In this document: in pieces, positions 10,850-19,846 of the stretch
Layout of the letters: every line of letters begins with the position of its first letter
Numbering within the stretch: position 1 is the stretch's first letter
Assembly: GCA_963823555.1 (NCBI GenBank)
Contig: CAWGMA010000001.1
Location: forward strand, 1,376,001 to 1,440,000
Direction: 5' to 3'
Length of the DNA: 64,000 nt
From: Candidatus Eiseniibacteriota bacterium
GTDB lineage: Bacteria > Eisenbacteria > RBG-16-71-46 > CAVPCR01
Notes under the pieces: generated by a model
The model's input: the letters and a program-made list of their open reading frames with translations, nothing else
Told to the model about the DNA's origin: nothing
Database searches by the model: none
Made by a program: the position numbers and the translations under genes

Positions 10850-11542
10850 TCAAGCCTCTTCCTGCTGGGCCTCCCCACCTGCCTCAGCCCGGGCTCGGGC
10901 CTGGCCCCCTCCCGGGGTGGCAGGGGCTCCGCCGTCGTTGGACGGGGTAGCCGGTGGCTCTGCCTCCGTCTGCGGCTTGACCTTGGCCGCCGGACGGGCA
11001 GGTCGCGGTGCCACCACGGTGGACAGGTTGCGGCCCTCGAGCTTCGGCGTGTTCTCGGCGCTTCCGATCTCGGTCAGATCGGCGAGGATCCGATTCATCA
11101 CCCGCGCGCCCAGCTCGGGGTGAGCCATCTCCCGGCCGCGGAACATGATGGTGAGCTTGACCTTGTGGTGTTGCTCGAGAAACTTGCGCGCCGCGTTGAA
11201 CTTGACCTCGTAATCGTGGTCATCGATCTTCGGCCGCAGCTTGACTTCCTTGATCTGGAAGCTGTGCTGCTTCTTCTTGGCTGCGCGTTGCTTCTTGGAT
11301 TCCTCGTACTTGTATTTGCCGAAATCCATGATCCGGCAAACGGGAGGTCGCGAGTTGGGCGAAACCTCCACCAGGTCGAGGTCCTTGGACCGCGCCAGCG
11401 CGAGCGCCTCGCGCGTATCCATGATTCCGATCTGCTGGCCTTCGGAGTCGATCACCCGCACCTGGGGTACGCGAATGCGCTCGTTCGCCCGGATGCGCGG
11501 CTTCGTATCAGGCAGGCCGCGACCAAAGGGCCCTGCGCTCAC
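10850..11542 (-). CDS. infC: Translation initiation factor IF-3 (true start uncertain)
   Basis: NERIR, DLVEVSP, PPVCRIMDFGKYKYE, KEVKLRPKIDDHD and FRGRE motifs. Confidence 0.97.
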   Translation of the reverse strand: MSAGPFGRGLPDTKPRIRANERIRVPQVRVIDSEGQQIGIMDTREALALARSKDLDLVEVSPNSRPPVCRIMDFGKYKYEESKKQRAAKKKQHSFQIKEVKLRPKIDDHDYEVKFNAARKFLEQHHKVKLTIMFRGREMAHPELGARVMNRILADLTEIGSAENTPKLEGRNLSTVVAPRPARPAAKVKPQTEAEPPATPSNDGGAPATPGGGQARARAEAGGEAQQEEA

Positions 11543-11654
11543 AGGTCGAGCCCCCGCCGCGGGGGCAGCTGCTTATGCGGCAAACGTCCTCTCCATTCAA
11601 TGTGAACCAAAGTACTTGGGCGGTCGCCACCGGGGCCCGCGCCACCCAGACGGA

Positions 11655-11731
11655 TGGTGGGCGATAGTGGACTTGAACCACTGACCTCCTGCATGTCAAG
11701 CAGGCACTCTAACCAGCTGAGCTAATCGCCC
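11655..11731 (-). tRNA. tRNA-Val(GAC)
   Basis: GGGCGATTAGCTCAG...CCTGC-TTGACAT-GCAGG...GGTTCAAGTCC...ATCGCCCACCA cloverleaf, CCA encoded. Confidence 0.97.
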
Positions 11732-11754
11732 ACGCTAAACCAAGCTGCGGACGG

Positions 11755-11782
11755 AGCCTAGCACAGGGCATCGGGAAGTCAA
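11755..11782 (-). promoter_or_regulatory. Sigma70-type promoter for tRNA-Val/infC
   Basis: Minus strand TTGACT-N16-TAGGCT with TGn. Confidence 0.6.
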
Positions 11783-11842
11783 GGGGAGGGAGCTCAAGGG
11801 CCGGGCCCGGTACCGGCCCCCGAGCTCGCTCTCCCGTCGACC

Positions 11843-14800
11843 CTACTTGACCAGGAGGAGCTTTCGGGTCCGGGAGACATCACCGACCGTGAGGCGGGCG
11901 AAGTAGATTCCCGACCCAGCCCCCTCCCCCGCCCGGTTCCGTCCGTCCCAGGTGACGGCATGTCGCCCCGCCGGGTAGCGGCCGCCAGCCACTTCGCGCA
12001 CGGCGCGCCCCGCGATGTCGAAGATCACGAGCCGCACCTCGGCCGCCGCCGGCAGGTCGAAGCTCAAGACGGTGGCCGGGTTGAACGGGTTGGGAACGTT
12101 GGGGTGCAGAGCGAGCTCGAGCGGCACCTCGAGCGCCGTGGCCGCAACCGGACCGTAGTAGACGGATTCGCCGGAGCGCGACACGGCCTCCAGACGGTAG
12201 TAGTAGGTGCTTCCCGGAGGGATCGGGTCCCGGTAGGTGTACGGACTCCGGCCCGAGATCGGTTGGGGACCGGTGAGCCGCCCGTACGAGCCATCCACCA
12301 GCTCGGACCTCCAGACATGGAAACCGAGATGATCGGCCTCGGCGGCAGTCGACCAGGTGAGAATGACCGCACCCATGTCCGCCCTCGCGCTGAACTCGGC
12401 GAGCTCGACCGTGGAGACGGCGGTCGTCCGGAAGCGGTTCCAGCCGAGCTGGTTGAAGATCGACGTCTGGCCGTCCGTGGCTCGCACCCGCCAGGCGTAG
12501 TCCGTGTTGTGAGCCAGCGGCATCGGCCACGCGAGGGTGGTGTCGGAGGCCGCGATCACGGAGTCACTGGCAGCGAACGTGGAATCGGTCCCGACATACA
12601 CGACATAGAGGACGCTGGTCGGCCCGGCCGCTCGCCAGGTCAAGGTGGGCTGGTAGACGACGCCGGTGTCGGCATGGGCGGGAGAGAGCAGGGTGAAGGC
12701 GCCCGGAGCCGGCCCGAAGCTCTGGATCAGCATGAAATCGTCGACGGCATTGGCCGACTGCCCGACGAGCCCGACCCCGGCATAGAGCGTGGCCGTGTTT
12801 CCCTGTCGCTTCCCAGGGTCCGTCAGCCGGGAGTGGAAGTCGTCCCCGATGTACACGTCGAAGTGATGGCCGGTCGGATCGGAGGAGAGAAGGACCTTCC
12901 AGGTTCCTCCCGCCCCGAGGGTGTTCGGGATGAGGCCGGCTGCGTTCGTCAAGGGGAAGCCGGAGGCTCCGGCCCGGATCTCTCCCAGCTTGCTGCGATT
13001 GGTGAACGGATCGATCGTCACCAGGTATCCGCTCGCGCTGCCCGAGGCGGCGTCCATCATGACGGCGAGACCGCCGCGGAGGATACCGTCCGGACTCGCG
13101 CCGGGGCTGAAGCGGAAGCCAGCCGCAGTCGGGTTGGGCCGTGCCTCGTAGATGCCGAGATCGAAGCTCGGCAGGGCCGAGGTGTTGCGCAGCTCGTCGG
13201 CGATGATCTGCATGGGGGCGAGGTCCCCGTTCCAATCCGGTCCCAGGGTGGGGCGGTTGAAGTCATCGACGATGACTTCAACCGGTGCCGTGACGAAAGT
13301 CCAGGACTGGTTGGACATGACCTGGGCGCCGCTGGCATCCCGGGCCTGGACCCGCCAGTAATAGGTCTCCCCGGCCGCCAAAGGCTCCCGGAACATGGTC
13401 TCGGGGAGTGTTGTCGACGGCAGCTGCTGCGGGTTCGGGAAGTCGGGGTCGGTGTCGACGCTCACCGTGTAGGTGATGAGATCGCCTGGATTGGGGTCGA
13501 CTGCTTCTTCCCAGCGCAGGAGCGGAGCCAGCGAGTAGACAATGCTCTGATCGATCGGTTGCTGCAGATTGAAGGCGGCGGGCGGCAGATTGAGACCCGC
13601 CGCCGCGACCGTGAATTCCTCGATGTTGTTGGCCTCGTTCTCTCCGAGGAGGAGCCCGACAAAGGTGAGCGAGCCGGAGCCCTGGCGCCGTTCCGGGTCC
13701 GTCATGCGAGCGTCGAAGCGGTTGTCGACGTAGCACTCGAAGTGATGGCCGCTGGCGTCTCGCACGAAGACGACACGCACCACGTCCCCGGGCTGGGGAA
13801 CAGGGTTCAAGCCCGGGACGTCGATATTGAGGCTGCCGGTGAGCTCCCCGTTCTGGACCTCCCAGACCGACCACCGCTGCTGCCCGGCCGTGTTGCGGAA
13901 GACGAAATAGCCGTTGGCGATGGTGGAGGGAGCGTCCATCCCGAGCAAGCACCCGCCGTAGCCGATGCCGGTCTGGCTCGCCGCTTCACTCCACCGCCAT
14001 TCGACCGATACGGGATTGGCCGCGCCGGTGTAGATCGCCAGATCACTGAACCCGGGCGCCGTGCAGGCGATCTCACCGTTCACGATCGCATAGCTGGGGT
14101 CGGCGATCCAGTCGGGCCCCAGGGTGGAGCGCTCGAAGTCATCGCGGATCTGGTGCAGATCCGGCGAGGTGAAGGTCCTTGTGCTGAGCGAATAGGTCGC
14201 TGCTCCTTCGGGATCTTGAGCCTTGACCCTCCAGTAGTACATCGTGTTGGGGGCCACGGGGATGCCGCGCGCGAAGTTGCTGACGATGAGATTGTCGACA
14301 CGGAGCGTGGCTTCGGACTGGAAGTCGGGATCCGGAGACATGAAGAAATCGTAGAAGACGTAGTCGCCGTCCGGGTCGGTGGTCGATTCCCAGTCGAAGA
14401 GTGGATTCAGATTGACGAGATTGGATCCAGAGGTCGGTGCGATGAGATCGAATGGCTCCGGCGGACCGTTGAACGAGACGGCCTCCACGCGCCACGCGGC
14501 CGCGTTGTTGCTGAAGCTACCGTCACCGATCACCCCGCACCAGTAGTCGTTGTTGCCGTGGCGCCGCAGGGGATCGACGAGAGTGGCATCCAGCTCGCCG
14601 TTCACGTAGATGATGAACTGATGGCCGTTGGCGTCCGAGCGCATCTCGACCGCGAAGCGGTCGCCGGCCTGCGGGGCCGGGCGCCGGGGCGAGTCGGTGT
14701 CGATGAGGGCGCCGGGGACGCCGTCGACGACTTCCCTCAGGGCAAGGGTCTGGTCGCCCGCCGTGTTGCGGTAGACGATGTAGCCATCGGCCGTGTTGGG

Positions 14801-16150
14801 ATCGGTGCTCTCGAGACGGCAGGCGAGTCCCGCCTGGTTGATGCCGGCGGCGTCCGCTCCCGCGCCCCAGGTGAGCTCGACATGGAACGGGTTCACGACG
14901 CGCGTGAAGATGGCGGTGGCGAAGCCCGGGGCGGTGTTGTCGAGTTCGCTGCCGGTCACGACATAGCTGGTCGAGGCCCAGTCGGGACCAGGGTGCGACA
15001 TGGAGCGCGTGAACGCGTCCTCGTAGATGTTGTCGTTCTCCGTGGTGGCGACGGTCGCCGGGTTGGACATCGCGGAGAGGTTGGCGGCGTCATCGAGCAG
15101 CTTGGCTGCGAAATGGTAGGTGGTTGCGGGCGAGAGCCCGGTGATGACTTCTCCACCCACCTCCCCCGCCGCCGCGAGGGCGTGGTAGTCGCCCCCCTGA
15201 TCGGCGAGCGGGAAGCTGGCGGCGTCGATCGGCGCCGGTCCATACCGGCAGTCGGCATAGCGCGGCGTGCCGCTCGTGCCGTCATCGCCGGTGTTGGTCC
15301 ACACCAGCAGCACCGAGCTCCCGTGCACGGTGCCGACGGCGAGATCGGTGATCGGGTCGGGTGGGGTCAGGTCGTTGAGGGCCTGGTCCACTGCCTCGAA
15401 GTAGACAGTCTTCATCTGATCGTAGCCGGCGTCATTGGGGTGGATGGCATCGAACATCCAGTCGTTCGCGGCATTCGGGTTGGCGGTGAAGCGGGTCCAG
15501 TGGTCGGCGATGCGCACCGGTTCCGGCGATCCGGTCACGGTGCCATGACGGTAATCGAGGGCGATGCGGACGACTTCCCGGTTGAAGTCGGCAACATCGG
15601 TCTCCCGGCCCTGGATGGGGATGATGCGGCTGACGATGACCTGGCTGCTGCCTGCCATCAGGGCTTGCCCGATAAGGGTGCCGAGGTCGCCGGTCGGGTT
15701 GGTGTCAGGCGTTCCGTGATCGGACGACCACGGGCCGTACGGCCCGGGGGCGGCAAAGACCTCCGCCGTGCCCAGGTGGATGGCCACGATGTCCGGTCCG
15801 TAGGTGGCGATGGTGGGGCCGATGTCGTGGCTGCCGCCGGCATGGTAGTCGGCGATTCGCGCCCCGGTGAAGAAGTCTCCTTCGTCCGGTTCGGTACCGG
15901 AGGGGCCCACGAAGTCGAAGCCGCCGATCGTGTTGAGAGACGTATAGAGGATGTGACGGAACCCGAGTCCGCTCGTCGAGCCCACACCTTCAGTGATGGA
16001 GTCTCCGGTCGGCATCAGGTTGGTGGCTGCCGCCGGACCGGAGGTCGCGGTCGAGACCGCGAGCAGAGCGAGGACAAGGACCTTCTCCGGGCGGAGGCCC
16101 GCATCATGCGATCTCCTGCGCTTGGAGCGAACAATGGCTGATCCGTTCAC
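11843..16150 (-). CDS. Large secreted protein: SGNH hydrolase, FN3, three tandem (beta-sandwich + FN3-like) modules, and a C-terminal FlgD/T9SS-like domain
   Basis: GTG at 16150 with SD GAGGGAG; signal-like hydrophobic segment; GDSITEG and DAIHPN motifs; three DxFxRx(2-4)GPDW...YxWRVxAxD repeats; C-terminal PNPFNPAT...GIYFARL...KLLLVK. Confidence 0.85.
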   Translation of the reverse strand: MNGSAIVRSKRRRSHDAGLRPEKVLVLALLAVSTATSGPAAATNLMPTGDSITEGVGSTSGLGFRHILYTSLNTIGGFDFVGPSGTEPDEGDFFTGARIADYHAGGSHDIGPTIATYGPDIVAIHLGTAEVFAAPGPYGPWSSDHGTPDTNPTGDLGTLIGQALMAGSSQVIVSRIIPIQGRETDVADFNREVVRIALDYRHGTVTGSPEPVRIADHWTRFTANPNAANDWMFDAIHPNDAGYDQMKTVYFEAVDQALNDLTPPDPITDLAVGTVHGSSVLLVWTNTGDDGTSGTPRYADCRYGPAPIDAASFPLADQGGDYHALAAAGEVGGEVITGLSPATTYHFAAKLLDDAANLSAMSNPATVATTENDNIYEDAFTRSMSHPGPDWASTSYVVTGSELDNTAPGFATAIFTRVVNPFHVELTWGAGADAAGINQAGLACRLESTDPNTADGYIVYRNTAGDQTLALREVVDGVPGALIDTDSPRRPAPQAGDRFAVEMRSDANGHQFIIYVNGELDATLVDPLRRHGNNDYWCGVIGDGSFSNNAAAWRVEAVSFNGPPEPFDLIAPTSGSNLVNLNPLFDWESTTDPDGDYVFYDFFMSPDPDFQSEATLRVDNLIVSNFARGIPVAPNTMYYWRVKAQDPEGAATYSLSTRTFTSPDLHQIRDDFERSTLGPDWIADPSYAIVNGEIACTAPGFSDLAIYTGAANPVSVEWRWSEAASQTGIGYGGCLLGMDAPSTIANGYFVFRNTAGQQRWSVWEVQNGELTGSLNIDVPGLNPVPQPGDVVRVVFVRDASGHHFECYVDNRFDARMTDPERRQGSGSLTFVGLLLGENEANNIEEFTVAAAGLNLPPAAFNLQQPIDQSIVYSLAPLLRWEEAVDPNPGDLITYTVSVDTDPDFPNPQQLPSTTLPETMFREPLAAGETYYWRVQARDASGAQVMSNQSWTFVTAPVEVIVDDFNRPTLGPDWNGDLAPMQIIADELRNTSALPSFDLGIYEARPNPTAAGFRFSPGASPDGILRGGLAVMMDAASGSASGYLVTIDPFTNRSKLGEIRAGASGFPLTNAAGLIPNTLGAGGTWKVLLSSDPTGHHFDVYIGDDFHSRLTDPGKRQGNTATLYAGVGLVGQSANAVDDFMLIQSFGPAPGAFTLLSPAHADTGVVYQPTLTWRAAGPTSVLYVVYVGTDSTFAASDSVIAASDTTLAWPMPLAHNTDYAWRVRATDGQTSIFNQLGWNRFRTTAVSTVELAEFSARADMGAVILTWSTAAEADHLGFHVWRSELVDGSYGRLTGPQPISGRSPYTYRDPIPPGSTYYYRLEAVSRSGESVYYGPVAATALEVPLELALHPNVPNPFNPATVLSFDLPAAAEVRLVIFDIAGRAVREVAGGRYPAGRHAVTWDGRNRAGEGAGSGIYFARLTVGDVSRTRKLLLVK

Positions 16151-16440
16151 CGATCCATCTCCCTCTGTCGTTGCGCCAACCCCGCGGCACGGCCATCGCA
16201 TGGGGTTCCTGATCCGATTGGAGGCAGACCCTGGCCTCCCACGTGGTTATCGGCCATCGCCATGGCATCGTTGGGGGAATCGACTCAGGCGGGGTGTGCT
16301 CGCCAGCGCCAGGCAGAGGGCGTGAACGAGGCTGCTTCTTGACCGGGGTGCCCCAGGGTGATACAAGGTGCCGACTCCTCATGGTGCCCTGCCGCCCGCA
16401 GTCAGCGCCACCAGGGCGAACGATCCAGCGAAACCACTCC

Positions 16441-17025
16441 ATGACCAGCTATCGCCTAGCGCGCATCCTCTCGGACGTCCTCAGTCCACCCGTCATTGCG
16501 CTCGCCGTGTTCTGGTTTCTCTCGGAGGCGACGGCTCAGGGAATGCAGTGGCCGGTCTTTCTCACGTGTGCGGCAACCCAGAGCGTGCTGCCTCTGATCT
16601 TTCTCGGGCTGGCGGTGCGCCGCGGGCACATCGGGGACATCAACATGAGCCGGCGAGAGGAGCGCCGGCACGGGATGGCGACGCTCGCCGCGGTGTATGC
16701 CGCGGGCGTTGTCCTGGTGGCCCTCGCCGGGGTCCGGGGACCGATTCTCTTCGTCTGCATCTGCTCGCTGGCGGTGCTGGGCGCGCTGTGGGCCGTGAAC
16801 CTGTTCTACAAGGCTTCGGGGCATGCCGCCGGGTGTGCCGCCTACATGACGGCGATCTCGATCTTCGTCGATCCGGTGCATCCTGGACTGGCGCTGATCC
16901 CGGCTGTCTCCTGGGCGCGGGTGCGGGTCGGCGCCCATACGGTCGCCCAGGTCATCCTCGGTGCCATCCTCGGCACCGGCGTGGCGCTGGGCTTCTACCT
17001 GCTGGCTCGCCCGGTCCTCTTCTAG
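16441..17025 (+). CDS. PAP2-superfamily-like integral membrane protein
   Basis: Several hydrophobic helices; KASGH and WARVRVGAHTVAQV motifs resemble the PAP2 SGH and SRxxxxxH motifs. Confidence 0.7.
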   Translation: MTSYRLARILSDVLSPPVIALAVFWFLSEATAQGMQWPVFLTCAATQSVLPLIFLGLAVRRGHIGDINMSRREERRHGMATLAAVYAAGVVLVALAGVRGPILFVCICSLAVLGALWAVNLFYKASGHAAGCAAYMTAISIFVDPVHPGLALIPAVSWARVRVGAHTVAQVILGAILGTGVALGFYLLARPVLF

Positions 17026-17038
17026 GCGGGGAAATGCC

Positions 17039-18403
17039 GTGAGCGCCGAGCATCCCCGGGGGCAGTGGCGCGAGCGTCTCGCCCGTCTCACTCACGATGG
17101 CGTGAGCGGCATGGTCGTCCGCGGCGCTGCCGGCGTGATGGCGGTCAACATCGTCGGGGTTGGCGCCGGGTTCCTGGCCCAGTTCGCCGGGGCCCGCACC
17201 CTCGGCGCCGATCGTTTCGGCATGCTGGCCTATGTCCTCTCGTGGACGACGCTGCTCATGCCGCTGGCCAAGTTCGGGCTGGATGTGGCGGCTGTACGAT
17301 TCCTGCCCGCGTTTGTTGCCAACGAGGACTGGCGACCGGCGCGCGGTCTGCTCCGGCGGTTCTTTGGGATTGCAGCCGGGATGGGTGTCCTGGTCGCGGC
17401 CGGCCTGGCCACGGCGGCATTTCTCCACCGTGGTCACGATGAAGAACTGCGGGCGACGTTCCTCGTCGGCGCCCTGGTCGTGCCCGTCCTGGCATTGACC
17501 TATGTGGTGCAGGGTTGTCTGCAAGGACTGAAGCGAGTGGTTGCCGCGCAGACCCCCCTGTCGATGACCCGCCCTCTCGTCTTTGCCGCGCTCCTCGGCG
17601 GTGCCTACGCCGCCGGCCGGCATCTGACCGCGGCGCAGGCGATGGGCCTCAACGTGGGAGCGACCCTGCTTGCGCTCACCGTCGGCGCTTTGCAGCTCAG
17701 GCGCTGGCTGCCGGCTCCGATGCGCACGGCGGTGCCGTCCTATGCCACGCGGGTCTGGCTACGCGCGTCGCTACCGATGACCGTGGTGGGTGCGATGCAC
17801 ATCCTGCTCGGTCAGGTCGATGTCGTGAGCGTGGGCGCCGCGGTCGGCACGACGTCGGCCGGCATCTACTCGGTCTGCACGCGGATCGCCCTCTTCGTCG
17901 GCTTTGGCATGGCGACAACGAGCGCCGTCGTGGCCCCGATGATCGCCGAGACCTACGCGCGCAAGGATCACGACGAGCTGGCGCGCGTCGTGCGCACCGC
18001 GACTGCGGTCGGCGTGGTCATCGCGGCTTCCGGTGTCGTCGGGCTCGCCCTATTCGGTCGCTGGATCCTGAGCTGGTTCGGGCCCGAGTTCGGCGCCGGG
18101 GCTCCGGCGCTGTGGGTGCTCGCCGGCGGGCACCTCCTCGTCACGTTGTTCGGGCCGGTCGGGTTCCTGCTCGACATGACCGGCCATCAGGATGCGAACG
18201 CGCGGGTCAATCTGGTGACGACCGCCATCACGCTCGCCCTCAACTATCCGGCGGCCAAGATCTGGGGCATGCCGGGAGCGGCCGCCGTGACCATGGGCTG
18301 CCTGCTCACGAAGCAGGTGTGGTCCTGGTTCCTGGTCGGGCGTTACGTGGGGATCCGACCGGGGCCGTTCGGGGGGCGCGCTGCGGGCACTCAGGGCGGC
18401 TAG
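17039..18403 (+). CDS. Wzx/MOP-family oligosaccharide flippase
   Basis: About 12 hydrophobic segments; ARTLGADRFG, FGLDVAAVRF, DVVSVG...AGIYS and FGPEF motifs. Confidence 0.85.
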   Translation: MSAEHPRGQWRERLARLTHDGVSGMVVRGAAGVMAVNIVGVGAGFLAQFAGARTLGADRFGMLAYVLSWTTLLMPLAKFGLDVAAVRFLPAFVANEDWRPARGLLRRFFGIAAGMGVLVAAGLATAAFLHRGHDEELRATFLVGALVVPVLALTYVVQGCLQGLKRVVAAQTPLSMTRPLVFAALLGGAYAAGRHLTAAQAMGLNVGATLLALTVGALQLRRWLPAPMRTAVPSYATRVWLRASLPMTVVGAMHILLGQVDVVSVGAAVGTTSAGIYSVCTRIALFVGFGMATTSAVVAPMIAETYARKDHDELARVVRTATAVGVVIAASGVVGLALFGRWILSWFGPEFGAGAPALWVLAGGHLLVTLFGPVGFLLDMTGHQDANARVNLVTTAITLALNYPAAKIWGMPGAAAVTMGCLLTKQVWSWFLVGRYVGIRPGPFGGRAAGTQGG

Positions 18404-18472
18404 ACAGCGGTGCGGCGTCCAACGGGCAAGAGGACCGTTCGTCGGAGGTCCAAACCTGGGCTCGGGACTCGT

Positions 18473-18680
18473 TCAACGCACATCCGTACCGCGCTTGAAG
18501 CTGAAGGTCGTTGCACGCTCCTGACCGTCCATGATGCCCTCGATGCGGACGGTCAGACTGTCGTGTCCATGGCGCGTATAGACGATCCGCTGCGGGAAGT
18601 CATGCTCCTTGTTCTCGAAGACCAACTCTTCATTGCCACCTTCGAGCATGATGAATGAGAACCGTACCGCCCTGGCCAGG
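18473..18680 (-). pseudogene. 3' remnant of a DUF6265-like gene
   Basis: AVRFSFIMLEGGNEELVFENKEHDFPQRIVYTRHGHDSLTVRIEG...FSFKR resembles the DUF6265 C-terminal half. The upstream frame runs into palindromic DNA and tRNA-Arg, with no N-terminal half. Confidence 0.6.
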
Positions 18681-18818
18681 CCTGGTGGCGCTGGGGGGTC
18701 GGAAGGCCCCATCCGGCCGCCCCCGGGAGGCTTCCCCCCGGCCGCGGTCGGCGAGGAACCCAGTCGGGCGAAACGAGGAGGCGCCGACGGATGTCTCTGC
18801 TGTCGCTGCGGTGCGGTG

Positions 18819-18895
18819 TGGTGCCCCCGGGGTGACTCGAACACCCGGCACGCGGTTTAGGAAACCGCTGCTCTATCCGCCTGAGCTACGGGGGC
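18819..18895 (-). tRNA. tRNA-Arg(CCT)
   Basis: GCCCCCGTAGCTCAG...GCGGT-TTCCTAA-ACCGC...GTTCGAGTC...GGGGGCACCA. Confidence 0.96.
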
Positions 18896-19093
18896 ACGGC
18901 TGGCAGTCAGTCGTGGCCGGAGGATAGCAGACGGACGCGACGGCGGGCAGGGGCGCAGGGCAAACGACTGGGTGGGGGCCGGCCCACCCTCTTGGTGGCG
19001 GTTGGCTGGCCTCACCCACCCAGCTTGCGGCCTATCTTTTCTCTCTTCTCTCTCTGCGATCTAGAATTCAATCACCTTTCCTGAGTCCCAGAC

Positions 19094-19846
19094 TCAGAAC
19101 CTCGACTTGATCGCACCCCAGGTCGTCGATTCGAGCTCGGGTGCCGTGTAGAGATCACTCGGCTTGTCGGCCAGCTTGCTCGAGGGGCTGCCGATCAGGT
19201 GACCGCTGACGACCGCGAACTGGAGCTCGAAGGTGTGGTACCGGCCTCCGGGGGTCCGCACCGTGCGGCGCACGACACCCACATCGGGCACGAGAATCTC
19301 GGAGCAGATACCCGAATCCGAGCAAGGATTCTGGTCGTAGACGATCGTGACCGACCAGGGGAATTCACCGGCCGGAACCGTGATCGGGTGTCCCTTGTTG
19401 GCGATGAATCCCTTGGTCCCATGGACGCAGTCGTCCGCCATGAGCGGCAACGACACCTTCTGCCCCTCGTAGATCGAGTGCGAGCAGCAGTACCAGGTGC
19501 CGATGAACTCGTCGTACGGAGGAGCTTTGGTCCACGGTGGGATGCTCGGCTGGAAGGTCTTGGGGTTCATCTCGCACACCCACTGACACGCGTTGTTGAG
19601 GAGATACACGTCACTGCCGTCGATGGGGAACATGTAGCCTTCCATCCGGCTGACGCGGTAGCCGTAGATGTCGATCCACTCGGCCGAGCGAACAACCGCG
19701 TTCCCCATGAACGGCGAGACATAGTACCAGTAGTTACCCGGCTGAAGAGGAAGCATGGAGCCTTCGGGAGGATCCGCGACGGCGGTCCCGAAGGTGACAG
19801 CCAGCATCGCGAGGATGGCGATGCTGGATGCGGCGGCCCTATTCAT
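19094..19846 (-). CDS. Secreted Cys-containing protein with a C-terminal TWGxIK tail
   Basis: SD AAGGAG; signal peptide ending AVA; LPLQPGNYWYY...ITVPAGEF...VPDVGVVRR pattern; ends ESTTWGAIKSRF. Confidence 0.8.
   Translation of the reverse strand: MNRAAASSIAILAMLAVTFGTAVADPPEGSMLPLQPGNYWYYVSPFMGNAVVRSAEWIDIYGYRVSRMEGYMFPIDGSDVYLLNNACQWVCEMNPKTFQPSIPPWTKAPPYDEFIGTWYCCSHSIYEGQKVSLPLMADDCVHGTKGFIANKGHPITVPAGEFPWSVTIVYDQNPCSDSGICSEILVPDVGVVRRTVRTPGGRYHTFELQFAVVSGHLIGSPSSKLADKPSDLYTAPELESTTWGAIKSRF

Noticed and set aside
11960..16141. 1393-aa plus-strand ORF
   Set aside because: Antisense shadow of the real minus-strand gene; typical of high-GC codon bias and has no recognisable motifs.
18681..18844. 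N-terminal half of the 123-aa ORF 18473-18844
   Set aside because: Begins inside tRNA-Arg and reads through palindromic DNA; only the last ~65 codons look protein-like.
18955..19030. c-di-GMP-I riboswitch suggested by GGCAAAC
   Set aside because: Lacks the GAAA-capped stem and GACGCAAA junction, and no plus-strand gene follows.
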